Shown here one piece after another: positions 13,732 through 25,601 of a DNA stretch of 64,000 bases; the stretch's first letter is position 1, and each line of letters begins with the position of its first letter. Under the pieces are notes generated by a model. That model searched no databases and was not told the DNA's origin. It worked only from the letters and a program-made list of their open reading frames with translations. This DNA comes from Felis catus (lineage: Eukaryota): contig NC_058368.1 in NCBI RefSeq assembly GCF_018350175.1, positions 184,266,001-184,330,000 of the forward strand, written 5' to 3'. A program made the translations under genes and the position numbers.

Positions 13732-14938
13732 AAGAAGAGGGAGCTTATATAATGCCATGGTTAAGAATCAATGACTCAATGCTTTTGAAATTTTAGAATA
13801 TTTACTCCTTACCCTATCATCTTTAGGTGAGATCAAGTATTGGGGGTAATACTCATTTCTCAGTTTCTTTGGATTTGGCAATGATTTCCATTAATGACTT
13901 CCGGTTTTCTTCAAAGTATGAGCATGATTCAGACATCCTTACATCATCTCCTGGCTAGTGTTCTCTCTTAATTCTTACAAAATAACTTTACATCTTTAGC
14001 ACATGATTGGGTGCCCAAACTGTTGCTGAGCTGCTGAAAAGCAAACAGGACACTGAGGATGGAACAGTGTGTTAGCAAAAGCTGCTCAAACCTAATATGT
14101 AGAGTCTGTTAGCTAAGCCAACACTAAAAAGTAGCATTTAAGAAGAGCATTTATCAGGGGAAAAAGGAGTGCATGGGAGAGAGTAGTGTTTTATTGATCT
14201 GTAGAAGTTTATTTTTCCATTCTGCAATGTTAATCAATTTCTTAAATAAAGCAAAAGTACCAGTATTGATAATCTCAATGATGGTTTAAGTTTTCTAGGA
14301 CAACAGAGGTATCATATTGACATTGTAATAACACAAATGCCAGGCTTGATTGTGTTTGACACATTCACTGGTAGGTTTTGATTGCTAGAATTAATCCCTC
14401 ACTGTGAAAGAGATGTTTTCAAGATGTTGGGTTTAGGGCTGGTGAATTAGAAGGATATAAAGGACTTTTTATTTCATCCTCTCTTAGTTGCCATAGACTT
14501 TTCATGATCACAGAAAGTCAAGAAAGCAAAGTGGGATTGTAAAAATAGAGTATTTAAAGGGCCAACTGGGCCATTTTTAATCTATATTATATAACAACCC
14601 CTAAGCCTGAACATTTATTAATGGTTTAATATATCATTAATATTTGTTTACAATCATTATAGTACTAATTTAACAGCATATAGATGTGTATTTTTGAAAG
14701 TCTTTCTTTAAACCCTATTTTCATGCCAGAGATCACTATGTACTGAGCTTTCCTCCACTGATTTCCCATTCCATTTGGTTTCTCCACTCAATCAGACCCA
14801 CTCCCATTGTGTCCCCTGCCAAAGTGAGAATACAATTACAGATAAGAAGGATAAGAAAGAGGCAAACGACATAAGCAGCTTTGATTTCACCCACAAGCAG
14901 ACACATGTCATGCTGTCATTAAAAGTTTCTCTAATTCT

Positions 14939-15062
14939 GGGGGCACCCGGCTGGCTCAGTAGGTACAGCATGTGACTCTTGATCTTAGGGTCATGAGTTC
15001 AAGCCTCATATAAGGCATATGATTTAATTAAAAAATAAAAATAAATTTAAAATAATTTTTTT
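14939..15062 (+). mobile_element. Short tRNA-Lys-like Can-SINE (old form lacking the CT region)
   Basis: cccggctggctcagtaggtacagcatgtgactcttgatcttagggtcatgagttcaagcc aligns by eye to tRNA-Lys(CTT); A-rich tail; degenerate TSD aagtttct..ctgg on both sides. Confidence 0.8.
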
Positions 15063-15213
15063 AAGTTTCTAACCCTGGTCAATTCCCAGCACAGTTTTGA
15101 CGGTCTGTGTTCAAGTTGTTATTCAATTCAGGGATATGGAAAAATATGTAAAACTGACCCTTTGATACATCTTCTTATACTTTTTATTTTACTTCATTTC
15201 ATTTTTACATTTC

Positions 15214-15265
15214 CATTTTTTAAAAAATGTTTATTTATTTTGAGAAAGAGCATGAGTGGGGGAGG

Positions 15266-15303
<38 letters not shown>

Positions 15304-15443
15304 GAGGGAGAAAGAATCTCAAGCAGGCTCCACACTGTCAGCTCAGAGCTCCATGCACGACTCAAACTCACCAACTACGAGATCATGACCTGAGCCGAAA
15401 TCAAGAGCCAGTCGCTTAGCTGACTGAGCCACCCAGGTGCCCC
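15214..15443 (-). mobile_element. Can-SINE
   Basis: Reverse head ctgagccacccaggtgcccc, (GA)n; TSD catttttacatttc at 15200-15213 and 15449-15462. Confidence 0.94.
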
Positions 15444-16546
15444 TTAAGCATTTTTACATTTCTGAATAAAGATGATATGAAAAATATTCTATGTATATAC
15501 CACTGATTATATGAAAGAAACTCTGCAAGCTCAAGAGGTGTCTTACAGATTTTAAATTGTAACCATTTTGTTATTTTTAAAAAGCCAGTGTACCAATTCA
15601 GATAAGAACCAAAAAAATCTGCTAAAATATATAAGGAAAAAACAACTGAATATATTTTTCAAGTCAGTTATAAACCATCAGTGAAAGAAAAATATTTTAA
15701 ATATTGAAAAATTAACATGACTACTTTCCTCATGTATGGGCAGTAACCCAAGAGATTCCAAAAACAAGAAGAACTTAACTTGTACAAATCTTTAGCATAT
15801 AAGCCCACATATACACAAGTGCATATTTAAACACAGTCTTGTTTTGTTTTTTTTTTTTAACTGAAATGCATCTTGGAAGAAAGTCCTCTATGATAGGTGC
15901 TATTGAAAGGTTAGTAGCACTAAGCAGTGATATATGCTAAAATTAGAATGCATTTATGGAGTAATGGAATCCCTCCTAGGAAAATATTTGGCAGTGTCTT
16001 TTCCAAAATGGGGTCATAAGAAAAGAGATTAGAAAAATTTTACTTTAGAGTGTGCTGTGTGATAATACATTTAACACCTTGTTCAGTGAAATTTTACGTG
16101 CAAGGCAATTTATTTCAGTGAAGATACAACATATTTTTTTCTGTTATATCTTGTCAAATAGCTATAAAATTAGTTGATTAAATGTTGTTTAATACTAAAA
16201 GAAGAATGTGCAAGTGGTTCACCTGTCAGAAGCGTGGTGCTTGGGTACTGTTGGGGCAAGGACTGAAGGTGGAGAGGTGAAGGTGGTGACAAGCAAGACG
16301 GTTAAGAGACTGCAGACACAAAGAAGGAGAGATTATTAGTCTCTCCTGTGAATTCAACTATAGAAAGGAAAAGGGGAATGGAATGCAATTTGAGAAAGCT
16401 TTCCATGTTAAGTAATGGATACAATTTCAACAACATCCCTTTAAGGAAAATTCTTAGTAAGGATTCACAATATTCTTCAATAAGTAGGGAAGAGATATAT
16501 CTTATTGAGACCAAAGGAAACATTTCTGATCTCTTAGAAATATTTA

Positions 16547-16884
16547 TTATATGAAATTTATTGTCAAATTAGTTTCCATACAACACCCAGTGCTCATCCC
16601 AAAAGGTGCCCTCCTCAATACCCATCACCCACCCTCTCCTCCCTCCCACCCCCCATCAACCCTCAGTTTGTTCTCAGTTTTTAACAGTCTCTTATGCTTT
16701 GGCTCTCCCCCACTCTAACCTCTTTTTTTTCTTTTTATTCTTCCCTCCCCCATGGGTTTCTGTTAAGTTTCTCAAGATCCACATAAAAGTGAAAACATAT
16801 GGTATCTGTCTTTCTCTGTATGGCTTATTTCACTTAGTATAACACTCTCCAGTTCCATCCACATTGCTACAAAGGGCCATATTT
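16547..16884 (-). mobile_element. 5'-truncated felid L1 3' end (L1_Fc-like)
   Basis: Highly similar to 25630-25955 and to the reverse complement of ~19620-19950; includes the G-rich 3' UTR and the last ORF2 codons. Confidence 0.93.
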
Positions 16885-17205
16885 AGCTTGTATTTTGGTT
16901 ACTATAATCTGGGAGGTTTGAACTTTGAGATTAATGGATCCTGCACGTATTATAAGATTCCAAGAAAACCATTACTAGCCAGTGAGGAATGGGACACTAG
17001 ACAGAGATCAGAGTATGTAGTGATATACAGAATAATGCTTAATTTGAGACTGTGTGACTTTATCCAATTAAGTGTAAAACAGGAATAACCAAACAAAAAT
17101 TTCCCAGTGACATTACTACCCAGATTAATGGGCTTCAGTGAACATGCAATGAAACTCTTTTTAAAAAAGTTCCTTTTGAATTGGAAAGAATAGAAATATT
17201 ACCTG

Positions 17206-17388
17206 GTGTACTTTGGTGGCTTAGTTGGTTGAGCATCCGACTCTAGATTTCCACTCAGGTCACAACCCTAGAGTCATGGGATGAAGCCCCACATCGAACC
17301 CTGTGTCAGGCTCCACACAGAGCATGGAGCCTGCTTAAGATTCTGTCTCTGCCTCTGCCCCTCTCCCCCACTCACACATGCTCTCTGT
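17206..17388 (+). mobile_element. Can-SINE lacking its poly(A) tail
   Basis: ggtggcttagttggttgagcatccgact ... ctcaggtca ... ggagcctgcttaagattctgtctct. Confidence 0.85.
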
Positions 17389-17389
17389 G

Positions 17390-17540
17390 TCATCCCATTT
17401 CTTCTTCTTCATTCTGGATACATAGGAAGACTGCATTTCCTTCTCTTCTTTGTGATTAAGTTGAGGAACTCTGACTCATTTTCATTAATGAATGTGAGCA
17501 AAGTGATGTCTGTCACATCTGGACCAAACATGAAAAAGAG
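17390..17540 (+). mobile_element. MLT1 (MaLR LTR) fragment
   Basis: gactgcatttcc ... aatgaatgtgagcaaagtgatgtctgtcac matches the recalled old MLT1 5' half. Confidence 0.55.
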
Positions 17541-18844
17541 AAAACCATTGATGGTGATGCTTGTTACTTTTTATTTCATTTCATTTTATTTTGAGAAAGA
17601 CCTTCAAATTAAATGGGCTTGATTCAAAGAGAGTATGAAAATGTGTTGAATTCTGAAGCTTGCAATTCTCAAAGACATCTTTGCCATTCACTCTGCTAGA
17701 CAAGTCTTAATAATGCTTCAGTATCTGTTTGTAAGAATTAAGCTTAAGCAACTTATCTATATGTGAAATTATTTAAACCAGCTAAATTACCACCATAATA
17801 TTTTCTTCATCTAAATCATTAAAGCAATATAGGTAAGTGATACAATAGTAGCCCAGGGTCCTCTTCTCTACAGTGAGGTTTGTTTGGTTCCTCTCACCAG
17901 ATCTACAATTCACTTGCCTGGGTTCAACCCTGAAGGGGCTGCCCATGAGTTGTACCCAGGAGGACGCTAATTACGTTGTAACCATCATTTTTTTTAGGAT
18001 ATCATAACCTTGTACGCTTCTCACAGCTGCAACTATTAATCATGAAATATATATTTTAACTATATTTTTAAAAAATGCATAAATTTGAGAATTCCTAGAG
18101 CTTTCTTCTTCCTCTTCCATACTGTGTGTTTAACTCTATGGCAGTACAAGCTTAGCTTTGCCTCATTCATGGCACTGAATGTTGCCCCTGGCTAAGATCC
18201 TGGACCAAAATGAATTAACCTTCAAAGCATGGAAAATACTTTACATAGCATGCATATTCTTTATTCTGAAAAAAGTTAGTTTAAAGAATTCTAAGGATAT
18301 TAGAAAAAATTAAAATTCATAATGCTTATTAAAAAACCTGAGATTTTTATAGCCCTGGTGACTTAGGTTGTTAGATGCGCCAGAGGAATTTTTCTCTACT
18401 TTCTTTTTTTTTATCTGTCATTAATTGGTGCTGTTTTTACACAGAACTGTCTTCCTCTGGAGTCACCACCTGCAGTAACTTATTATAGATTCTTCAGTTC
18501 CATTATTCATATTTTTGCTTCTGCATCTAGATACCACCCTACTGTCATCCACTTTATGTGACACATGGTGCTTAGAACTTGCTACCATCAAATGTTGCAA
18601 AATAAAATAGAGATCCCATTCATCTAAAGTTAATACAATTTGGCAACTCTCCAAAATGGGTTGGAGAATTGTAACTTCCCAAGTTTAGTGTAGCTGACAG
18701 TTTAGAAATCCAATAGTTAATAAATTATGGAAATAGTAAAAATAACTAATGCATAAGTGGAGTACAAAAGTTAAACCTTTAAATATGAAACTGATAAAGG
18801 TAAAACTGTGTCTTTAGTGTGCTTTATGAAAACAATTCCCATTA

Positions 18845-19050
18845 TATTTATTTACTTACTTATATTTGAGACAGAGAGAGCAGGTATGCAAGCAGGGGGA
18901 GGGGCAGAGAGAGAAAAGAGAGAGGATCCCAAGCAGACTCCGCACTCAGCATGGAGCCTGTTTTGGGGCTCAAACTTATGACCTTGAGAACATGACCTGA
19001 GCCGAAACCAAGAGTCAGACTCTAAACAAACTGAGCCACCCATGCACTCC
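18845..19050 (-). mobile_element. Can-SINE
   Basis: Reverse head ctgagccacccatgcactcc; TSD attcccatta at 18835-18844 vs attcctatta at 19052-19061. Confidence 0.9.
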
Positions 19051-19498
19051 TATTCCTATTAGAAAAGCATGGAAGTATTAGGGAAGGCTACCGAATAAAA
19101 AGTCTTTGTTAATTACATTGTTTAGCATTGTTTCAGAGTCACATCAAGTATATATATTTACCAAATCTTCTCAAATCTTTTCAAAGCACTCATTTTGAAA
19201 AGCTGACCTATTTCCAGAGCCACACTGAGAAAAATATCTATATATCTGATAATACATATTAAATCCAACAAATCCTTTAAAATAGTTCCATTTTCCTGTC
19301 ATACAATTCATTCTAAACAATACAATGGAACCCTGAAGTAAACTTGATACTTGCAAGCAAAGTTTCCTATAAGAAGTTTTTTGAGTTCTCTATCAAAACA
19401 GATTCAATAATAAATATTTTAGATAGATCTTATTATATGTAGAATGGTACCATATAATTAACTATCCAAACATAAACCTTAAGAAAAAGTGCTATCGA

Positions 19499-19979
19499 CA
19501 GCACTCTCAACAATAGCCAAATTATGGAAAGAGCCTAAATGTCCATCAACTGATGAAGGGATAAAGAAATTGTGGTTTATATACACAATGGAATATTACG
19601 TGGCAATGAGAAAAAATGAAATATGGCCTTTTGTAGCAACGTGGATGGAACTGGAGAGTGTGATGCTAAGTGAAATAAGCCATACAGAGAAAGACAGATA
19701 CCATATGGTTTCACTCTTATGTGGACCCTGAGAAATTAACAGGAACCCATGGGGGAGGGGAAGGAAAAAAAAAAAAACAGGTTAGAGTGGGAGAGAGCCA
19801 AAGCATAAGAGACTGTTAAAAACTGAGAACAAACTGAGGGTTGATGGGGGGTGGGAGGGAGGAGAGGGTGGGTGATGGGTATTGAGGAGGGCACCTTTTG
19901 GGATGAGCACTGGGTGTTGTATGGAAACTAATTTGTCAATAGATTTCATATAAAAAAAATAAAAAAAAAAAAAAAAAAA
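19499..19979 (+). mobile_element. Young 5'-truncated felid L1 (ORF2 C-terminus, 3' UTR, poly(A))
   Basis: Encodes [19 protein letters not shown]...EKDRYHM; long poly(A); perfect 18-bp TSD aagaaaaagtgctatcga at 19481-19498 and 19980-19997. Confidence 0.97.
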
Positions 19980-20317
19980 AAGAAAAAGTGCTATCGAGAT
20001 GCCCCATTGACCTATACTATAATGAAATATACTATAGACCTATACTCTAATGAAAGGGCTGATATGTAACAGGTGAAATTGACTATGTTGACAGGCTTAT
20101 AATGACTAATACTTATTTAATTGTAGAATAGAAATGGCCATCTGATTCTCATGGGTTCATTTAGCTTTATTATACACTATGTGATTTCTTCCCAGAAGTT
20201 TGCAAGTCATGCCCTCCAAGGACTGATCCTCAGATACCTGACTAAGATAAATGTCTTAGGATCTAGTCTCTCTGATCACTATAAAGAGATACAGAATGAC
20301 TTAAAAAAAGTATTTGA

Positions 20318-20529
20318 GGGGAACCTGGGTGGCTCAGTTGGTTAAGCGTCCTACTTCAGCCCAGGTCATGATCTCGCCGTTCTTGAGTTCAAGTCCTGCA
20401 TCAGACTCTGTGCAGACAGATCAGAGTCTGGAGTCTGTTTCAGATTCTGTGTCTCCCTCTCTCTCTTCCCCTCCCCCACTCATGCTCTGTCTCTCTCTCT
20501 CTCAAAATAAGTAAACATTAAAAATTTTT
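20318..20529 (+). mobile_element. Can-SINE (SINEC_Fc-like)
   Basis: TSD aaaaaagtatttga at 20304-20317 and 20530-20543. Confidence 0.95.
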
Positions 20530-20542
20530 AAAAAAGTATTTG

Positions 20543-23500
20543 ACAACAAGCAACATAGTTGCAATAAATTCATATCTTTCAGTACTCACTCTAAATGTCA
20601 ATGGACTAAATGATCTAATCAAAAGACATAGGGTAACACAATGGATAAGAAAACAAGATCCATCTATATGCTGTTTACAAGAGACCCACTTTAGACCTAA
20701 AGACACCTTCAGATTGAAAGTAAGGGGATAGAGAACCATCTATCATGCTCATGGTCAACAAAAGAAACCCAGAGTAGCCATACTTATATCAGACAATCTA
20801 GACTTTAAAATGAAGACTGTATCAAGAGATGCAGAGGGGCATTATATCATAATTAAGGGGTCTATCCACCAGGAAGACCTAACAATTGTAAACATTTATG
20901 CGCCAAATGTGAGAGCACCCAAATATATAAATCAATTAATCACAAACATAAAGAAACTCATAATAGTAGAAGACTTCAACACCCCACTCACAGCAATGAA
21001 CAGATCATCTAATCAAAAATCAACAAGGAAACAATGGCTTTGAATGATACACTGGACCGTATGGACTTGAGATATCTTCAGAACATTTCATCCTAAAGCA
21101 GTGGAATGTGCATTCTTCTCCATTGCACATGGAACGTTCTCCAGAATAGACGACATACTGGGACACAAATCATCCCTCAGCAAGTATAAAAAGATTGATA
21201 TCATACCGTGCATATTTTCAGACCACAACACTATGAAACTTGAAATCAACCACAAGAAAAAATTTGGAAAGATAACAAATTCTTGGAGACTGAAGAACAT
21301 CCTACTAAAGAATTAATGGGCCAACCAAGAAGTTAAAGAGGAAATTAAAAAGTATATGGAAGCCAATGAAAATGATGACACCACAACCCAAAACCTCTGG
21401 GACGCAGCAAAGGCAGTCATAAGAGGAAAGTATATAGTAATTCAGGCCTTTCTAAAGAAGAAGGAAAGATCTCTGATACACAACCTAACCTTACACCTTA
21501 AAGAGCTGGAAAAAGAACAGCAAATAAAACCCAAGCCAGCAGAAGACAGGAAATAATAAAGATTAGAGCAGAAATTAATGCTATCAAAACCAAAAAAAGA
21601 GTACAACAGATCAATGAAACCAGAAGCTGGTTCTTTGAAAGAATTAACAAAATTGATAAACCACTAGCCAGTTGGATCAAAAAGAAAAACGAAAGGACCC
21701 AAATAAATAAAATCAAGAATGAAAGAGGAGAGATCACAACCAATACAGCAGAAATAAAAACAATAGTAAGAGGATATTATGAGCAATTATATGCCAATAA
21801 AATGGGCAATCTGGAATAAATGGACAAATTCCTAGAAACATATACACTACCAAAACTGAAACAGGAAGAAATAGAAAATTTGAACAGACCCATACCCAGT
21901 AAAGAAATTGAATTAGTAACCAAAAATCTGCCAAAAATCAAGAGTCCAAGGCCAGATGGCTTTCCAGGGGAATTCTACCAAACATTTAAGGAAGAGTTAA
22001 CACCTATTCTCTTGAAGCTGTTCCAAAAAAATAGAAATGGAAGGAAAACTTCCAAACTCTTTCTATGAGGCCAGAGTCTTTGGGTCCAAAACCAAAGACC
22101 CAGTAAAAAGGAGAACTATAGGCCAATTTCCCTGATGAACATGGATGCAAAAATCCTCAACAAGATATTAGCCAACCAGATCCAAGAATACATTAAAAAA
22201 ATTATTCACCACAACCAAGTGGGATTTATATCTGGGATGCAGGCCTGGTTCAATATCCATAAGGCAATCAATGTGATTCATCACAACAATAAAAGAAAGA
22301 ACAAGAACTATATGATCCTCTCAATAGATGCAGAGAAAGCATTTGACAAAATACAGCATCCTTTCTTGATAAAAACCCTCAAGAAAGTAGGGATGGAAGG
22401 ATCATACCTCAAGATCATAAAAGCCATATATGAATGACCCAATGCTAATATCATCCTCACTGGAGAAAAAAATGACCCATAAGGTCACAAAAACACAGGG
22501 ATGTCCACTCTCGCCACAGTTATTCAACATACTGTTGGAAGTCTTAGCCTCTGCAATCAGACAACACAAAGAAATAAAAAGCATCCAAATCGGCCAAGAG
22601 GAGGTCAAACTTTCACTCTTTGCAGATGACATGATACTCTATATGAAAAACCCAATAGATTCCACCAAAAACCTGCTAGAACTGATCCATGAATTCAGCA
22701 AAGTTGCAGGATATAAAATCAATGCACAGAAATCGGTTGCATTCCTATTCACCAACAATGAAATGACAGAAAGAGAAATCAAGGAATCGATCCCATTTAC
22801 AATTGCACCAAAAACCATAAAATACCTAGGAATAAATCTAACCAAAGAGGTGAAAATCTATACACTGAAAACTATAGAAAGCTTATGAAAGAAACTGAAG
22901 AATACACACACAAAAAATGGAAAAAAGATTTCATGCTCCTGGATAGGAAGAACAAATATTGTTAAAATGTCGATACTACCCAAAGCAATCTACATATTCA
23001 ATGCAATCCCTATCGAAATAACACCAGCATTCTTCAGAGAGCTAGAACAAATAATCCTAATTTGTATGGAGCCAGAAAAGACCCTGAATAGCCAAAGCAA
23101 TCTCGAAAAAGAAAATCAAATGAGGAGGTATCACAATCCCAGACTTCAAGCTATACTACAAAACTGTAATCATCAAGACAATATGGTACTGACATAAGAA
23201 CAGACACTCAGATCAATGGAAGAGAAGAGAGAACCCGGAAATGGACCCACAAATGTGTGGCCAACTAATCTTTGACAAAGCAGGAAAGACTTTCCAATGG
23301 AATAAAGACAGTTTCTTCAGCAAGTGGTGTTGGGAATACTGGACAGTGACATGCAGAAGAATGAACCTGGACCACTTTCTTACACCATACACAAAAATAA
23401 ACTCAAAATAGATGAAAGACCTCAATGTAAGACAGGAAGCCATCAAAATCCTCAAGGAGAAATCAGGCAAAAACCTCTTTGATCTTGGCTGCAGCAACTT

Positions 23501-24575
23501 CTTACTCAACATGTCTCTGGAGGCAAGGGAAACAAAAGCAAAAATGAACTACTGGGACCTCAACAAAATAAAAAGCTTCTGCACAGGGAAGGAAACAATC
23601 AGCAAAACTAAAAGGCAACCGATGGAATGAGAGAAGATATTTCAAATGACGTATCAGATAAAGGGTTAGTATCCAAAATCTATAAAGAACTGATCAAACT
23701 CAACACCCAAAAAACAAATAATCCAGGAAAGAAATGGGCAAAAGACATGGATAGACATTTCTCCAAAGAAGACACCCAGATGGCCAACTGACACATGAAA
23801 AAATGCTCAGCATCAATCATCATCAGGGAAATACAAATCAAAACCACAATGAGATACCACCTTACACCTGTCAGAATGACTACCATTAACAACTCAGGCA
23901 ACAACAGATGTTGCCAAGGATGTGGAGAAACAGGATCGTTTTTGCATTGTTGGTGGGAATGCAAGCTGGTGCAGCCACTTTGGAAAACAGTATGCAGGTT
24001 CCTCAAGAAACTAAAAATAGAACTACCCTATGACCCAGCAGTTGCACTACTAGGTATTTATCCAAAGGATACAGGTGTCCTGTTTCGAAGGGACACATGC
24101 ACCCCCATGTTTATAGCAGCACTCTCAACAATAACCAAAGTATGGAAAGAGCCCAAATGTCCCCATCAATGGATGAACGGATAAAGAAGATGAGGTATAT
24201 ATATACAATGGAGTATCACTCGGCAATCAAAAAGAATGAAATCTTGCCATTTGCAACTAAGTGGATGGAACTGGAGGCTATTATGCTAAGCAAAATTAGT
24301 CAGTCAGAGAAAGACAAATATCATATGACTTCACTCATATGAGGACTTCAAGAGACGAAACAGATGAACATAAGGGCAGGGAAACAAAAATAAAAACAGG
24401 GAGGGGGACAAAGCATAAGAGATTCTTAAATATGGAGAACAAACTGAGGGTTATGGTAGGGGTTGGGGGAGGAGGGATGGGCTTAATGGGTAAGGGCATT
24501 AAGGAATCTACTCCTGAAATAATTGTTGCACTATATGCTAACTAATTTGGATATAAACTAAAAAAAATTAAATTA
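20543..24575 (+). mobile_element. 5'-truncated LINE-1 (~4 kb; whole ORF2 and 3' UTR, no ORF1); subfamily differs from the 19499 copy
   Basis: ORF2 homology throughout; a 3' UTR distinct from the other felid L1 copies; TSD aaaaaagtatttg at 20530-20542 and 24576-24588. Confidence 0.97.
20555..24342 (+). pseudogene. Disrupted L1 ORF2p (endonuclease / reverse transcriptase / C-terminal CCHC)
   Basis: Endonuclease motifs TLNVNGLN, CCLQETH, SRID, SDHN; RT motifs [24 protein letters not shown]-terminal CCQGC...HCWWEC. Multiple stops (e.g. 20729-20731, 21314-21316) and frameshifts. Confidence 0.95.
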
Positions 24576-25601
24576 AAAAAAGTATTTGTTACTAACTTGT
24601 TGTTTTAAAGAGTTGCACATTGTACTACAGATGTTCAATTATAACTAACATATAAACCACTTTAAAAAGGTTTAATCAAAAATGGAATTTACTAGGTCCA
24701 TGTCTAAGAAATTCATGGGTAGATGAAACTGGCTTTATACAAGAAATTTTGTTCTAGGCAGGTTTCCCAGTATGCCATTAAAGATGACCAGTTGTAGCTA
24801 GAGTTTGTAATCCCAAAAGAAGAAAACCCTTTTTCTCTGAATTCACCTAACAAATCTCAGGGAAGCTCTTACTAACCATCCTTATTTCATGAGCCTATTA
24901 CAGACCTAATGTCTGTGACCCATGGGAATTGAATACCTGCAGTCTGGCTTGCCTTACAACCTGTGATCAGGTGAGTCAGGCACCATGAGTGATAGTCTTA
25001 TCAAAAAAACTTGAAGTAGATACTGGCACCCAGTCACCTTCCCCATAAAAATGTGCTATTATTTTTTGTTTTAGTTTTCGTTTTTACCTTATGACACTTC
25101 TGGTGTTTTCTACATGCTAACATAATTCATTTATGAAGACTGTGTATAGTAAAATATGAACAAAAATTGTCTCGCTATACCTATTTTAGATATATTGGGA
25201 TGAAATGTATACAGTTTATTTTCACCACAGGAATTCTGTAATAGAACAAGTGTGTAGCACTAAGTAGTCAGATGAATCCTAAAATAAGTAGTCTCTTAAA
25301 TGGAATTGGATAAAACACTGTAGGGAGCTGCTGAGATGTGCACCATCACTTAAAAGGAACCAGCAATAAGAGTAATTTTACTTTATTTCACAATCATGGT
25401 TTGTATAATTTTCTTCCCATACATATTGAGACAGCTTGTGAGTTCATCTCTTCCAGAAAAAAAGGCATTTTAAATAAGCTTGCATATATTATTTAAAAAG
25501 ATAATAATAATAAGCATGCATATATTCCACCACAGTACCTAGTATATAACTAAAGTAATAGCAGTTGAAATTTTACCTAGACACATTCGCTCAAGATTTT
25601 A

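Noticed and set aside
14942..15017. Functional tRNA-Lys gene
   Set aside because: Acceptor stem and anticodon arm are degenerate; the A-rich tail and TSD-like flanks indicate a retrocopy.
20543..24575. Active or autonomous L1
   Set aside because: No 5' UTR or ORF1; ORF2 has multiple stops and frameshifts.
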